Assembly (NCBI RefSeq): GCF_963921235.1
Contig: NC_086097.1
Location: 30,382,001-30,446,000 of the forward strand
Reading direction: 5' to 3'
Origin: Mobula hypostoma
Lineage: Eukaryota
Length of the DNA: 64,000 nt
A program made the position numbers and the translations under genes. Position 1 is the stretch's first letter; the number at the start of each line of letters is the position of its first letter. The notes under the pieces are model-generated. The model saw only the letters and a program-made list of their open reading frames with translations, was not told where the DNA came from and ran no database searches. Shown here one piece after another: positions 1 through 11,082 of the stretch.

Positions 1-45
1 ACATAAGTTGAGATGGTGCTGTAACATTTGCTTACAAACAGACCA

Positions 46-452
46 TTATACTGTTGGCATTTAGGGCAGCAATGAAGCTCCTCCATCTCTGGCGATGGTC
101 AGGGCTTCCTTCATCATGTCAGTAGCCTCTTCTCGGTTTCCACTTCTGTCGGTCTTGCAACACCCAGGTGGAGACTCAGGAATACTGTCGCACTCAGATG
201 TAGAAGAGTTCCTCACTGCATTTGCGTAACAGTTTTGTTTTACCAGTCGGAGTTGTTAGCCCTAAACCGAACCCCACAAATCTGAAGGACTGGTGGCCCA
301 CTCTTAGTCCCGCCTTTACCCTTTGACCTGTTTAGCATGGATGACTCTATTAAGAGCCAAAGCATGAAGTCCTGACTCCAGTCAACGTAGCTCTCTGGGT
401 CACTGAGGCACACAGGCCTCCAAACTATGATAAGGTTGAGGTCCTCTTGGAG
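46..452 (-). mobile_element. RTE-type non-autonomous retroelement (5'UTR-like body)
   Basis: Minus strand has ...ATGCTAAACAGGTCAAAGGGTA...GGGCTAACAACTCCGACTGGTAAAAAC, resembling RTE-clade 5' regions; no coding capacity. Confidence 0.5.
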
Positions 453-538
453 TGGTGCTGTAATAGTGTTACACAAACAACTACCAACTACCAAGCCACC
501 CGCTAATATCATGAATTTATTATTCTCCTTGCTAGCTT

Positions 539-768
539 CCTCCATGACCCGGATCAACTTGTGTGCTTCAAGGACCCCACCAGGCGATGCCAACTCAGGG
601 CCACCCACGTTGGAATGACTGTGGACAAGATGCCAGATGAAGATCGATCCAAGCCTGGCTCCTGAGTGGACAGACTAATGCCTGCCCCTCCCGGGCCACA
701 CTTCACCGTGAATCAAGCCAAAGAATTAGCAGTGTGAAGCAAAAAACACCTGCCATACGACACAACAA
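539..768 (+). mobile_element. 230-bp non-autonomous retroposon, possibly Vingi/Ingi-derived
   Basis: Flanked by a perfect 10-bp direct repeat TTGCTAGCTT (529-538, 769-778). Ends GCCATACGA plus a CAA-rich tail. 5' part contains CCAGGCGATGCCAACTCAGGGCC. Confidence 0.65.
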
Positions 769-859
769 TTGCTAGCTTGAAAAGCGTCTGGAGAACCTGT
801 CAGATTTCGATGTCATTTGTAAGCTGAGGAGCCCCCTGTTTAATAGATCCATGGTAACG

Positions 860-1412
860 CTGGGGGAACACAGCAGGTCAGGCAGCATCTATGGAAAGGA
901 ATAAACAGTCGATGCTGTGGGCCGCGACCCTTCATCAGAACTGGGAAGGAAAAGGGAAGGAGACAGAATAAGACGTTGGAGGAAGGAGAAGGAGTACGAG
1001 CTAGAAGGTGATAGGTGAAGCCAGGTAAGTGGATGGGGCATGGGGGGATGAAATGAGAAGCTGGGAAGTGATAGGTGGAAAAGGTAAATGGGTGAGGAAG
1101 GAGGAATCTGATAGGAGAGTGGACCGTGGGAGAAAGGGGAAGAGGAGGGGCATCAAAGGGAGGTGATGGGCAAGTGAAGAGGAGAGAAGAAGAAAGAAGG
1201 GGAGCCAGAATGGGGAATGGAAGCCGGGGGTTGGGGGGGAGAGAAGTTACCAGAAGTTAGAGAAATCGATATTGATGCCATCAAGTTGGAAGCTACCCAG
1301 CCAGAATATGAGGTGTTGCTCCTCCAACCTGAGAGTGGCCTCATTCTGGCAGTAGAGCACCCTCCAGCACTCTGTGTGTGCGACTCTGGATTCCCAGCAG
1401 CCGCAGAATCCC
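860..1412 (-). mobile_element. Old Penelope-like fragment (end of GIY-YIG + pLTR) with a short inverted terminal piece at ~1361-1412
   Basis: ORF 1247-1468 contains EATLRLEEQHLIFWLGSFQLDGINIDFSNF. Degenerate hammerhead at ~907-942. Confidence 0.8.
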
Positions 1413-1771
1413 TGGTGTTTATAATATCTCCATGTTTGCCTACGGTAAACAGTGTATCTGTGTGGCAACGTCAGCAGTGAGGCTGGTCCAGAGAGGATCT
1501 GAGCAGTCTAGTGAAGGAGTGAAGACACGCCACAGCGACCGTCACGTGGGGTAATGGCAGGTCATCGCTTCAGCAGAGAATTCGCGGAGTACTTTGTGAA
1601 TGGTGAAGGGTTCAGAGGGAGCTGACAGGTTGCATCATGGTCAGGTACAGCAATACGGATGTTCAGGAACCTGAGAGGCTGCAGAGGTTAGTGACTCAAG
1701 CCAGTACTTCATAGGTGAGAAGAGGTTAAAGGTCAGAGGAAGGCCGAGGGGGAAGTTTGTTCATCCGAAGG

Positions 1772-1900
1772 AGAGATCGATGTCCATGCCATCAGGTTGG
1801 AGGCTACCTGGATGGAATATGAGGTGCTGTTCCTTCAACCCAAGTGTGGCCTCATCTTGGCACAGGAGGAGGCCATGGATCGACATGTCGGAATGGGAAT
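1772..1900 (-). mobile_element. Penelope GIY-YIG C-terminal fragment
   Basis: ATGCCATCAGGTTGGAGGCTACC...GTGTGGCCTCATC matches the same segment at 2835-2950. Confidence 0.75.
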
Positions 1901-2474
1901 GTTTTGATTTGTTCTATGTGAATTCTCTTGTAAAAACTGTGAATAATTTATGCTTAACGAATGTTTTTCTTCTGAATGCTTTTATCTGATGCTCTGCACC
2001 AGTGATGCTGCTGCAAGCAAATTTTTCATTGCACCTGCACACACACGTACTTGCGCGTTTGCCAATAAGACTGATCGTTGATTAGCTGTCCATGTACAGG
2101 AAGCACTTGCAGTCGTACAGTATTAATCATGTTTTAATTTGAATTTATTCACTGCCTTGTAAATGCTGAGTTTGCACTTTGTGTTCTTGTTGTGTAAATA
2201 AACTTTTGTAGTTTTATAAAAGAAACACTGATAGTCATTCCTTTGGACCTCAAAGAGTATGTTGGTCTTCATTGCAAGAAGATTAAACTACATAAAACAC
2301 TGTGTGGTTAAGAGAGCGTATGGTGCGTTGATCTTTATTAATTCAAAGCCACAAGGTAATGTGGCTCTATAAAGCTCTGCACAAGGAATTCTGCAGATGC
2401 TGGAAATTCAAGCAACACACATAAAAGTTGCTGGTGAACGCAGCAGGCCAGGCAGCATCTCTAAGAAGAGGTAC

Positions 2475-2510
2475 AGTCGACGTTTCAGGCCGAGACCCTT
2501 CGTCAGGACT
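2475..2510 (-). ncRNA. Minimal type-I hammerhead ribozyme motif (Penelope pLTR), intact core
   Basis: Minus strand reads AGTC-CTGACGA-AGGGTCTCGGCCT-GAAAC-GTC-GACT: stem I AGTC/GACT, CUGANGA and GAAA cores, GUC cleavage triplet, palindromic ACGU stem III. Confidence 0.8.
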
Positions 2511-4096
2511 AACTGAAGGAAGAGCTAGTAAGAGATTTGAAAGTGGGAGGGGGAGGGGGAGATCTGAAATGATAGGAGAAGACAGGAGGGGGAGGGATGG
2601 AGCCAAGAGTCGGACAGGTGATAGGCAAAAGGGGTATGAGAGGATCATGGGACAGGAGGCCCAGGGAGAAGGAAAAAGGGGAGGGGGGAAAAAACCCAGA
2701 GGATGGGCAAGGGGTATAGTGAGAAGGACAGAGGGAGAAAAAGGAGAGAGAGGGAAAGAATGCATGTATATAAATAAATAACGGATGGGGTACAAGGGGG
2801 AGGTGGGGCATTAGCTGAAGTTTGAGAAGTCAATGTTCATGCCATCAGGTTGGAGGCTACCCAGACGGAATATAAGGTGTTGTTCCTCCAACCTGAGTGT
2901 GGCTTCATCTTTACAGCAGAGGAGGCCGTGGATAGACATGTCAGAATGGGAATGGAACGTAGAATTAAAATGTGTGGCCACTGGGAGATCCTGCTGATGA
3001 GATGATGATGAGGATGAGGCTTTTCATTCCAGGATGAGGGAGATGTCCTCCTTTTTTAAAGAAAGGGGATTCCCTTCCTCCACCATCAACTCTGCTCTCA
3101 AACGCATCTCCCCCATTTCACGCCTATCTGCTCTCACTCGATCCTCCCGCCACCCCACTAGGAATAGGTTTCCCCTTGTCCTCACCTCCTCACCTTGTCC
3201 TACCCCACCAGCCTCCGGGTCCAACATATTATTCTCCGTAACTTCCGCCACCTCCAACGGGATCCCACCACTAAACACATCTTTCCCTCCCTCCCTCTCT
3301 GCTTTCCGCAGGGATCGCTCCCTACATGACTCCCTTGTCCATTCATTTCCCCCCCATCCCTCCCCACTGATCTCTCTCCTGGCACTTATCTGTGTAAGCA
3401 GAACAAGTGCTACACATGCCCTTACACTTCCTCCCTTACCACCATTCAGGGCCCCAGACAGCTCTTCCAGGTAAGGCGACACTTCACCTGTGAGTCGGCT
3501 GGGGTGATATACTGCGTCCGGTGCTCCCGATGTGGCCTTCTATATATTGGCGAGACCCGTCGCAGACTGGGAGATCGTTTCGCTGAAAACCTACACTCTG
3601 TCCGCCAGAGAAAGCAGGATCTCCCAGTGGCCACACATTTTAATTCCACGTCCCATTCCCATTCTGATATGTCTATCCACGGCCTCCTCTACTGTAAAGA
3701 TGAAGCCACATTCAGGTTGGAGGAACAACACCTTATATTCCGTCTGGGTAGCCTCCAACCTGATGGAATGAACATTGACTTCTCAACCTTCTGCTAATGC
3801 CCCACATCCCCCTCGTACCCCATCCGTTATTTATTTATATACATACATTCTTTCCCTCTCTCTCCTTTTTCTCCCTCTGTCCTTCTCACTATACCCCTTG
3901 CCCATCCTCTGGGTTTTTCCCCCCTCCCCTTTTTCCTTCTCCCTGGGCCTCCTGTCCCATGATCCTCTCATATCCCTTTTGCCAATCACCTGTCCAGCTC
4001 TTGGCTCCATCCCTCCCCCTCCTGTCTTCTCCTATCATTTCAGATCTCCCCCTCCCCCTCCAGCTTTCAAATCTCTTACTAGCTCTTCTTTCAGTT

Positions 4097-4132
4097 AGTC
4101 CTGACGAAGGGTCTCGGCCCAAAACGTCGACT
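4097..4132 (+). ncRNA. Minimal hammerhead ribozyme motif with a core mutation (GAAA to AAAA at 4121)
   Basis: AGTC-CTGACGA-AGGGTCTCGGCCC-AAAAC-GTC-GACT. Confidence 0.7.
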
Positions 4133-5059
4133 GTACCTCTTCCTAGAGATGCTGCCTGGCCTGCTGCGTTCACCAGCAACTTTGATATGTGTTGCTATAA
4201 AGCTCTGGGTGGCCACACAGAGAAGTGTGTTCAGTTCTGGGCGCCTCATTATAGGGAGGATATGGAAGTTTTAGAGAGGGTGCAGAGGAGATTTACTAGG
4301 ATGTCGCCTACTTTAGAGGACATGCCTTGAGAATAGGTTGAGTGAGCTGGGGCTTTTTGCTCTGGCGTGGAGGAGGAGGAGGAGAGTTGACCTGATGGAG
4401 GTGTAGAAGAATATGAGAGGCTTAGGTAGAGTGGAGAGCCAGAGACTTTTCCTGGGGCAGGAACGGGTAATACATGGGGGCTTTGTTTTCAGGTGATTCG
4501 AGGAAAGTATAGGGAGTCTGTACTGTGCTTCCTGCAAGGAGTTAGGCTACTATGTAGGGCTGGTCTCTTTACTCTGAGCAGGACACTTTGGGTCACAAAC
4601 CTCTAAGCTACCTTTGCCCTCCTTTCAGCGTATCGTAGACTTCTCCTTTTCGCAGTGTTATTTTCTACAGACATAGAGATCTGTGCAACAAAGGAACTGA
4701 ACCTTCAGTCCTCGTTGTGTGCTAAACTAATTAAATTCCTAACTAAATTTACCCCTTCTCCCTGCACAATGTCCATGTCCTTCCACTCTTTACACTGTAA
4801 AGAATGTAGACATCAGTACAAGACTGAAGATGTCTCATTGTAATTACGTAGAGAACTGGTGAGGCCGCGGCTGCAATACTGTGTGCAGGGTCTGACGGGT
4901 AGAGAAGGTACAGAGAAGTTCACTAAAGTGGATCCTGGGACAGAGTATTTACCCTCCGAGATTAATCAGACTGGGTCTGTATACTCGAGGGTTCTGGGCA
5001 ACATGAGGTGATTGTATTGAGATGTTCAAAATTCTGAAGTTAAAGTTTCAAAGTAAGGA

Positions 5060-5503
5060 GTCAAGAAGCTTGCCGCCCCTGCGTGAGTATCTGAAGGGAC
5101 AGCTCCTCAAGTCCGGCAGCACGCCAGCTTCCTGCTCCTGATCTACGGTCACCTGGTGCAGAGAGGAGAGGGTCAATTGGGGGAGCTCGCAGTAGGCATG
5201 CTCCTGGGCCAAGCCAAGTTAGCCATTCATAGGTCCAGGCAGTGGACAATCAAGGGCTCTGCCAAAACCGATTACCTGCTCCTCTTCCGGGTTACCTCCG
5301 TGCCTAGATGTCCTTGGGGAAGGAGCACGCGGTCTCTGTGGGCACAGTGGGAGAGTTCCAATTATGGTGGTCCCTGCTGGGGCTTGAATGTCTTTTCAAT
5401 AATAGTAATCGTGTTTTAATTTGAAATCATTAATAGTTTTGTGAACCTCTGTTATTATATGTATCTTTGTGAGTAAATAAACCTTTGTATGCTCGTCAAA
5501 AAG
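5060..5503 (+). mobile_element. Tx1-like (L1 clade) ORF2 3' fragment inside a degenerate CR1 (~4790-5040, ~5510-5720)
   Basis: VGMLLGQAKLAIHRSRQ motif, followed by AATAAA and an A-rich end near 5500. Confidence 0.6.
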
Positions 5504-6382
5504 AGTAAGGAACCAACTGCCCTGTGAATGAAGAGAAACTCTTTGACCCAGAGGCTGATAAACCTTTGGAATTCTCTGCATAAGGGTCTGGGACTGTGTT
5601 CAAGGGTTGACTGCTTTTATTTTCTCCCCCAAGACATTAAAGGAACCAAGGAAGTTTGCGGACGCAGCAGGAATGTACAGCTGAGGTAAAAGATTGGCTC
5701 AGGTCATTCTCAGTGATAAGACCAGAAGACATTGGAGCAGATGGGCCTTTTGCCTCATCACATCTGCTCCACCATTTGATCACGAATGATTTATTTTTCC
5801 TCTCAACCCATTCTGCTGCCTTCTCTCCATAATCTTTAACCCCCTTACTAATCAAGAACCCATTGACCTCCACTTTAAATATACTCGATAACTTGGCCTC
5901 AACAGCCACATTTGGCAATGAATTCCACAGATTCACCACCCTCTGGCTAAAAAAACTTTCCTCATCATCCCTGTTCTATAGGGATGTCCTTCAATTCTGG
6001 GGCTGTGCCCTCTTGTCCCAGCCTCAACCACTATTAGAAACTTCCTCTCCGTGTCCATTCTATCTAGGCCTTTCAATATTCAATAGGTTTCAGTGAGATC
6101 CCCCCTCAGTCTTCTAAACTCCAGTGAGTACAGGCCCAGAGCCATCAAACGCTCCTTAGACATTAACCCTTTCATTCCCAGAATCACTCTGGACCCTCTC
6201 CAGTGTCAGCACATCCCTTCTCAGATAAGGGGCCCAGAACTGCTCACAGTACTCCAAGTGCAGTGTGAACAATGCCTTATAAAGCCTCAGCTTTGCATCC
6301 TTGCTCTTATGTTCTAGTCATCTTGAAATGAATGCTAACATTACACTACCTTCCTCACCACCAACTCAACCTGCACATTAAC

Positions 6383-7360
6383 ATAGAAACATAGAAAATA
6401 GGTGCAGGAGTAGGCCATTCGGCCCTTCGAGCCTGCACCGCCATTTATTATGATCATGGCTGATCATCCAACTCAGAACCCCGCCCCAGCCTTCCCTCCA
6501 TACCCCCTGACCCCCGTAGCCACAAGGGCCATATCTAACTCCCTCTTAAACACAGCCAATGAACTGGCCTCAACTGTTTCCTGTGGCAGAGAATTCCACA
6601 GATTCACCACTCTCTGTGTGAAGAAGTTTTTCCTAATCTCAGTCCTAAAAGGCTTCCCCTCTATCCTCAAACTGTGGCCCCTCGTTCTGGACTTCCCCAA
6701 CATCGGGAACAATCTTCCTGCATCTAGCCTGTGCAATCCCTTTAGGATTTTATACGTTTCAATCAGATCCCCCCTCAATCTTCTAAATTCCAACGAGTAC
6801 AAGCCCAGTTCATCCAGTCTTTCTTCATATGAAAGTCCTGCCATCCCAGGAATCAATCTGGTGAACCTTCTTTGTACTCCCTCTATGGCAAGGATGTCTT
6901 TCCTCAGATTAGGGGACCAAAACTGCACACAATACTCCAGGTGTGGTCTCACCAAGGCCTTGTACAACTGCAGTAGTACCTCCCTGCTCCTGTACTCGAA
7001 TCCTCTCGCTATAAATGCCAGCATACCATTCGCCTTTTTCACCGCCTGCTGTACCTGCATGCCCACTTTCAATGACTGGTGTATAATGACACCCAGGTCT
7101 CGCTGCACCTCCCCTTTTCCTAATCGGCCACCATTCAGATAATAATCTGTTTTCCTATTTTTGCCACCAAAGTGGATAACTTCACATTTATCCACATTAA
7201 ATTGCATCTGCCATGAGTTTGCCCACTCACCCAACCTATCCAAGTCACCCTGCATCCTCTTAGCATCCTCCTCACAGCTAACACTGCCACCCAGCTTCGT
7301 GTCATCCGCAAACTTGGAGATGCTGCATTTAATTCCCTCGATGCTGCATTTATTTCCCTC
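6383..7360 (-). mobile_element. Young 5'-truncated CR1 LINE
   Basis: Uninterrupted 260-aa ORF2 C-terminus (6473-7255; LYKALVRPHLEYCVQFWSP), FADD motif near 7300-7311, (TTCTATGT)n tail, TAAC junction repeat. Confidence 0.93.
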
Positions 7361-7760
7361 TAACCTTTAGGGAATCCTGCACAAGTCCCTTTGCACCTCT
7401 GATTTCTGAATTTGCTCCCCATTTAGAAAATAGTCTACACCAGGGTTGTCAAACTACCGGCCTGCGGGATGATTTGGGGGGGGGGGGAGAAGTATACTCA
7501 CGACCATTTATTATGTATCTGTACGGCAGCCACTCTCTCTTCTACTGGTGTCTGTGTTGCCTGCTGCGCCGGAAGCTTGTTGTGTGTACTTAGAAAACAA
7601 TAGGCAGCAGTTAACCACCCGCTGTGCATAAGCACCTACCACCCTACACTGAAGACCACTAGGGCTCCACTTACGTCGTCAGACACAGTGTAAACACACA
7701 GAGTACTCAGGTAAGTAACACCTGTAGCAAGGCTGAGACGGTTTGCTGCAGTGGTTCAAA

Positions 7761-10700
7761 ATGCTTTCCAAGAAAAGAAAAGTTGACATCGAAGGTCGGA
7801 TATTCAACGATAATTGGAAAGATCGTTTTTTCTTCTGTGAGGTCAACGGCAAACCTGTGCTTCTGATATGCTCGCAACAAGCGGCTGTGCCAAAAGAGTA
7901 CAATATCAAACAACACTATGAGGCGTCACACGGAGAAAAATATGACAAGTATGCAGGACGACTCAGAACGCAAAAGGTAAATGAGCTTGAAGCAGCTCTG
8001 GAAAAACAGCAATCAGTGTGCACCAAAAGTCGAGAGATTCATGATGGAGCTGTCAAGGCCAGCTATATTATTGCCAACAAAATAGCTGCTGCGTCGAAGC
8101 CATACTCAGAGGGGGAATTCATCAAAGCATGCATGCTGACGGCGGCTGAGCTGGTGTGCCCTGAGAAGAGACAAGCTTTTGGTAATATCAGCTTGTCAAG
8201 AAATACTGTGGCAGAGAGAATCGGGGACCTTGCAGGAGATTTGAACAGTCAACTAAAAGGCAGAGTGAAGTCATTTATTGCCTTCTCTCTTGCAATTGAT
8301 GAGAGCACCGACGTGACTGATGTAGCTCAAATGGGAATACTTATTGTGGTGTTGCTGCATCTTTGACTGTCACCGAGGAGTTTGTGGAGATGGTGCCCAT
8401 GACAAACACCACAACGGCAAACGACGTTTTCTCCAGCCTCGTCGAGGCCTTGGACAGACTGGGGGTTGACTGCAGTCATGGTGTCAGCAGAGGGGTTGTG
8501 CTCAAATGTTGTTTTTTCAATTACGTGCGGAAATTGGATTATTCATGAATGAGAAAGGGAAACCAGTGGCAGAGTTGGATGACCCACACTGGCTTCATGA
8601 TCATGCATTTTTGGTGGATATAACAGAGCACTTAAATGTGCTTAATGTTAACATGCAAGGCCGCAACAAACTTGTTACGGAATACTACAACAGTATTCGT
8701 GCCTTTCAAATTAGGTCTGTGAGAGATGCAACTATCCCAGAGCAACCCAGCTCATTTCCCCTCTTTGTAGGCTGTACATGTCGCTCATGGGAATAATGAC
8801 AACATGGACAGGTACAAGGACAAAATACCATGACTGAAAAGTGAGTTTCAGAATCGTTTCCGAGTCTTCACTCAGCTCGAGAAGGAATTCTCACTATTTT
8901 GCTCACCGTTTGCCATCAACGCAGCATCAGATGTGCCGGAGGAACTCCAAATGGAACTAATTGAAATTCAGTGTAACTCGGCTTTGAAATATAAATTTGA
9001 GACTGTGGGTCTGGACTCATTCTATCAATACCTGGGACCGATGTACCCCAAGATGACAGACTTTGCCTCAAAGATCCTTTGCACGTTCAGGACAACATAT
9101 CTCTGTGAGTAGGCGTTCTCCATAATGAGCATTAACAAATTCAAACTGCACTCGCAGCTGACACACAGACATCTAAATAGACAATAGACAATAGGTGCAG
9201 GAGTAGGCCATTCGGCCCTTCGAGCCAGCACCGCCATTCACTGTGATCATGGCTGATCAACCACAATCAGTATCCAGTTCCTGCCTTATCCCCATAACTT
9301 TTGATTCCGCTATCTTTAAGAGCTCTATCCATCTCTTTCTTGAAAGCAACCAGAGACTTGGCCTCCACTGCCTTCTGGGGCAGAGCATTCCACATATCCA
9401 CCACTCTCTGGGTGAAAATGTTTTTTCCTCAATTCCATCCTAAATGGCCTACCCCTTATTCTTAAACTGTGGTCTCTGGTTCTGGACTCACCCATCAGCG
9501 GGAACATGCTTCCTGCCTCCAGCGTGTCCAATCCCTTAATAATCTTATATGTTTCAATCAGATCCCCTCTCATCCTTCTAAATTCCAGTGTATACAAGCC
9601 CAGTCGCTCCAATCGTTCAACATATGACAGTCCCGCCATCCCGGGAATTAACCTTGTGAACCTACGCTGCACTCCCTCAATAGCAAGAATGTCCTTCCTC
9701 AAATTTGGAGACCAAAACTGTACACAGTACTCCAGGTGTGGTCTCACCAGGGCCCTGTACAGCTGCAGAAGGACCTCTTTGCTCCTATATTCAATTCCCC
9801 TTGTTATGAAGGCCAGCATGCCATTAGCTTTCTTCACTACCTGCTGTACTTGCATGCTTGCTTTCAGTGACTGATGTACAAGAACACCTAGATCTCGTTG
9901 TACTTCCCCTTTTCCTCACTTGACTCCATTTAGATAATAATCTGCCTTCCTGTTCTTGCCACCAAAGTGGATAACCTCACATTTATCCACATTAAACTGC
10001 ATCTGCCATGCATCTGCCCACTCACCCAGCCTGTCCAAGTCACCCTGCATTCTCATAACATCCTCCTCACATTTCACACTGCCACCCAGCTTTGTGTCAT
10101 CGGCAAATTTGCTAATGTTGCTTTTAATTCCCTCATATAAATCATTAATATATATTGTAAACAGCTGCGGTCCCAGTACTGAACCCTGCGGTACCCCACT
10201 GGTCACCGCCTGCCATTCCGAAAGGGACCTGTTAATCGCTACTCTTTGTTTTCTGTCAGCCAGCCAATTTTTAATCCATGTCAGTACTCTGCCCCCAATA
10301 CCATGTGCCCTAATTTTGCCCACTAATCTCCTATGTGGGACTTTATCAAAGGCTTTCTGAAAGTCCAGGTACACTACATCCACTGGCTCTCCCTTGTCCA
10401 TTTTCATAGTTACATCCTCAAAAAATTTCAGAAGATTAGTCAAGCATGATTTCTCCTTCGTAAATCCATGCTGACTCAGACCGATCCTGTTTCTGCTATC
10501 CAGATGTGTCGTAATTTCATCTTTTATAATTGACTCCAGCACCTTTCCCACCACCGATGTCAGGCTAACCGGTCTATAATTCCCTGTTTTCTCTCTCCCT
10601 CCTTTCTTGAAAAGTGGGACAACATTAGCCACCCTCCAATCCACAGGAACTGATCCTGGATCTATAGAACATTGGAAAATGATTACCAATGCGTCCACGA

Positions 10701-11082
10701 TTTCTAAAGCCACCTTCTTAAGTACGCTGGGATGCAGACCATCAGATCCTGGGGACTTATCAGCCTTCAGACCCAACAGTCTATCCATCACCATTTCCTG
10801 CCTAATATAAGTTTCCTTCAGTTCATCCATTACCCTAGGTCCTTTGGCCACTATTACATCTGGGAGATTGTTTGTGTCTTCCCTAGTGAAGACAGATCCA
10901 AAGTACCTGTTCAACTCGTCTGCCATTTCCTTGTTCCCCATAATAAATTCACCCGTTTCTGTCTTCAGTGGCCCAATTTTCAAAATGACATTATGAAAAT
11001 CACAACTGCCCAGAAACTGGTCTCTGATGTTAACAGGCTGGTTAAAGCCAAGAGATGTCAGGTGTCTGGAAGCAGCAAGTGA
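7761..11082 (+). pseudogene. Disrupted hAT transposase (GTF2IRD2/EPM2AIP1/SPIN-like)
   Basis: MLSKKRKVD..RIF...W, KEYNIKQHY, AIDESTD, TTYLCE*AFS (TAG 9110-9112), C-terminus AKRCQVSGSSK*. Has frameshifts, an internal deletion near 8485 and a CR1 insertion. Confidence 0.9.
9179..10982 (-). mobile_element. CR1 LINE (5'-truncated, RT domain) nested in the hAT transposase
   Basis: YLDFQKAFDKVPH, GVPQGSVLGP and FADD motifs; (GTCTATT)n tail; AAAT repeated at both junctions. Confidence 0.95.

Larger units (their letters stand above)
2380..4194 (+). mobile_element. Neptune-type Penelope-like element: inverted pLTR (2380-2995, minus) + 5'-truncated body (~3020-4194, plus)
   Basis: RT C-terminus (REMSSFFKERGFP), frameshifted Cys-rich linker and GIY-YIG endonuclease (IYCVRCSRCGLLYIGETRRRLGDRF). 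13-bp TSD CTATAAAGCTCTG at 2367-2379 and 4195-4207. Interrupts a CR1. Confidence 0.92.
2240..4520 (+). mobile_element. Old CR1 3' fragment split by the Penelope insertion (2240-2379 and 4195-4520)
   Basis: ...LYKAL|GGHTEKCVQFWAPHYREDMEVLERVQRRFTRM is continuous across the insertion. Confidence 0.8.

Noticed and set aside
14..463. TGGTGCTGTAA direct repeat (14-24, 453-463) as TSD of the first element
   Set aside because: The left copy lies ~20 bp from the apparent tail, so the boundary is not secure.
580..606. GDANSGP as a 2A ribosome-skipping peptide or an intact HDV-like ribozyme
   Set aside because: It lacks the D(V/I)ExNPGP consensus, and I could not form the P1 helix needed for an HDV fold.
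6450..7142. 230-aa plus-strand ORF and similar ones at 9506, 9956 and 17807
   Set aside because: Antisense shadows of CR1 ORF2 with no independent evidence of coding.
7743..9180. Domesticated GTF2IRD2/ZBED-like host gene
   Set aside because: Frameshifts, premature stops, a core deletion, a LINE insertion and intact TIR/TSD show it is a dead transposon.
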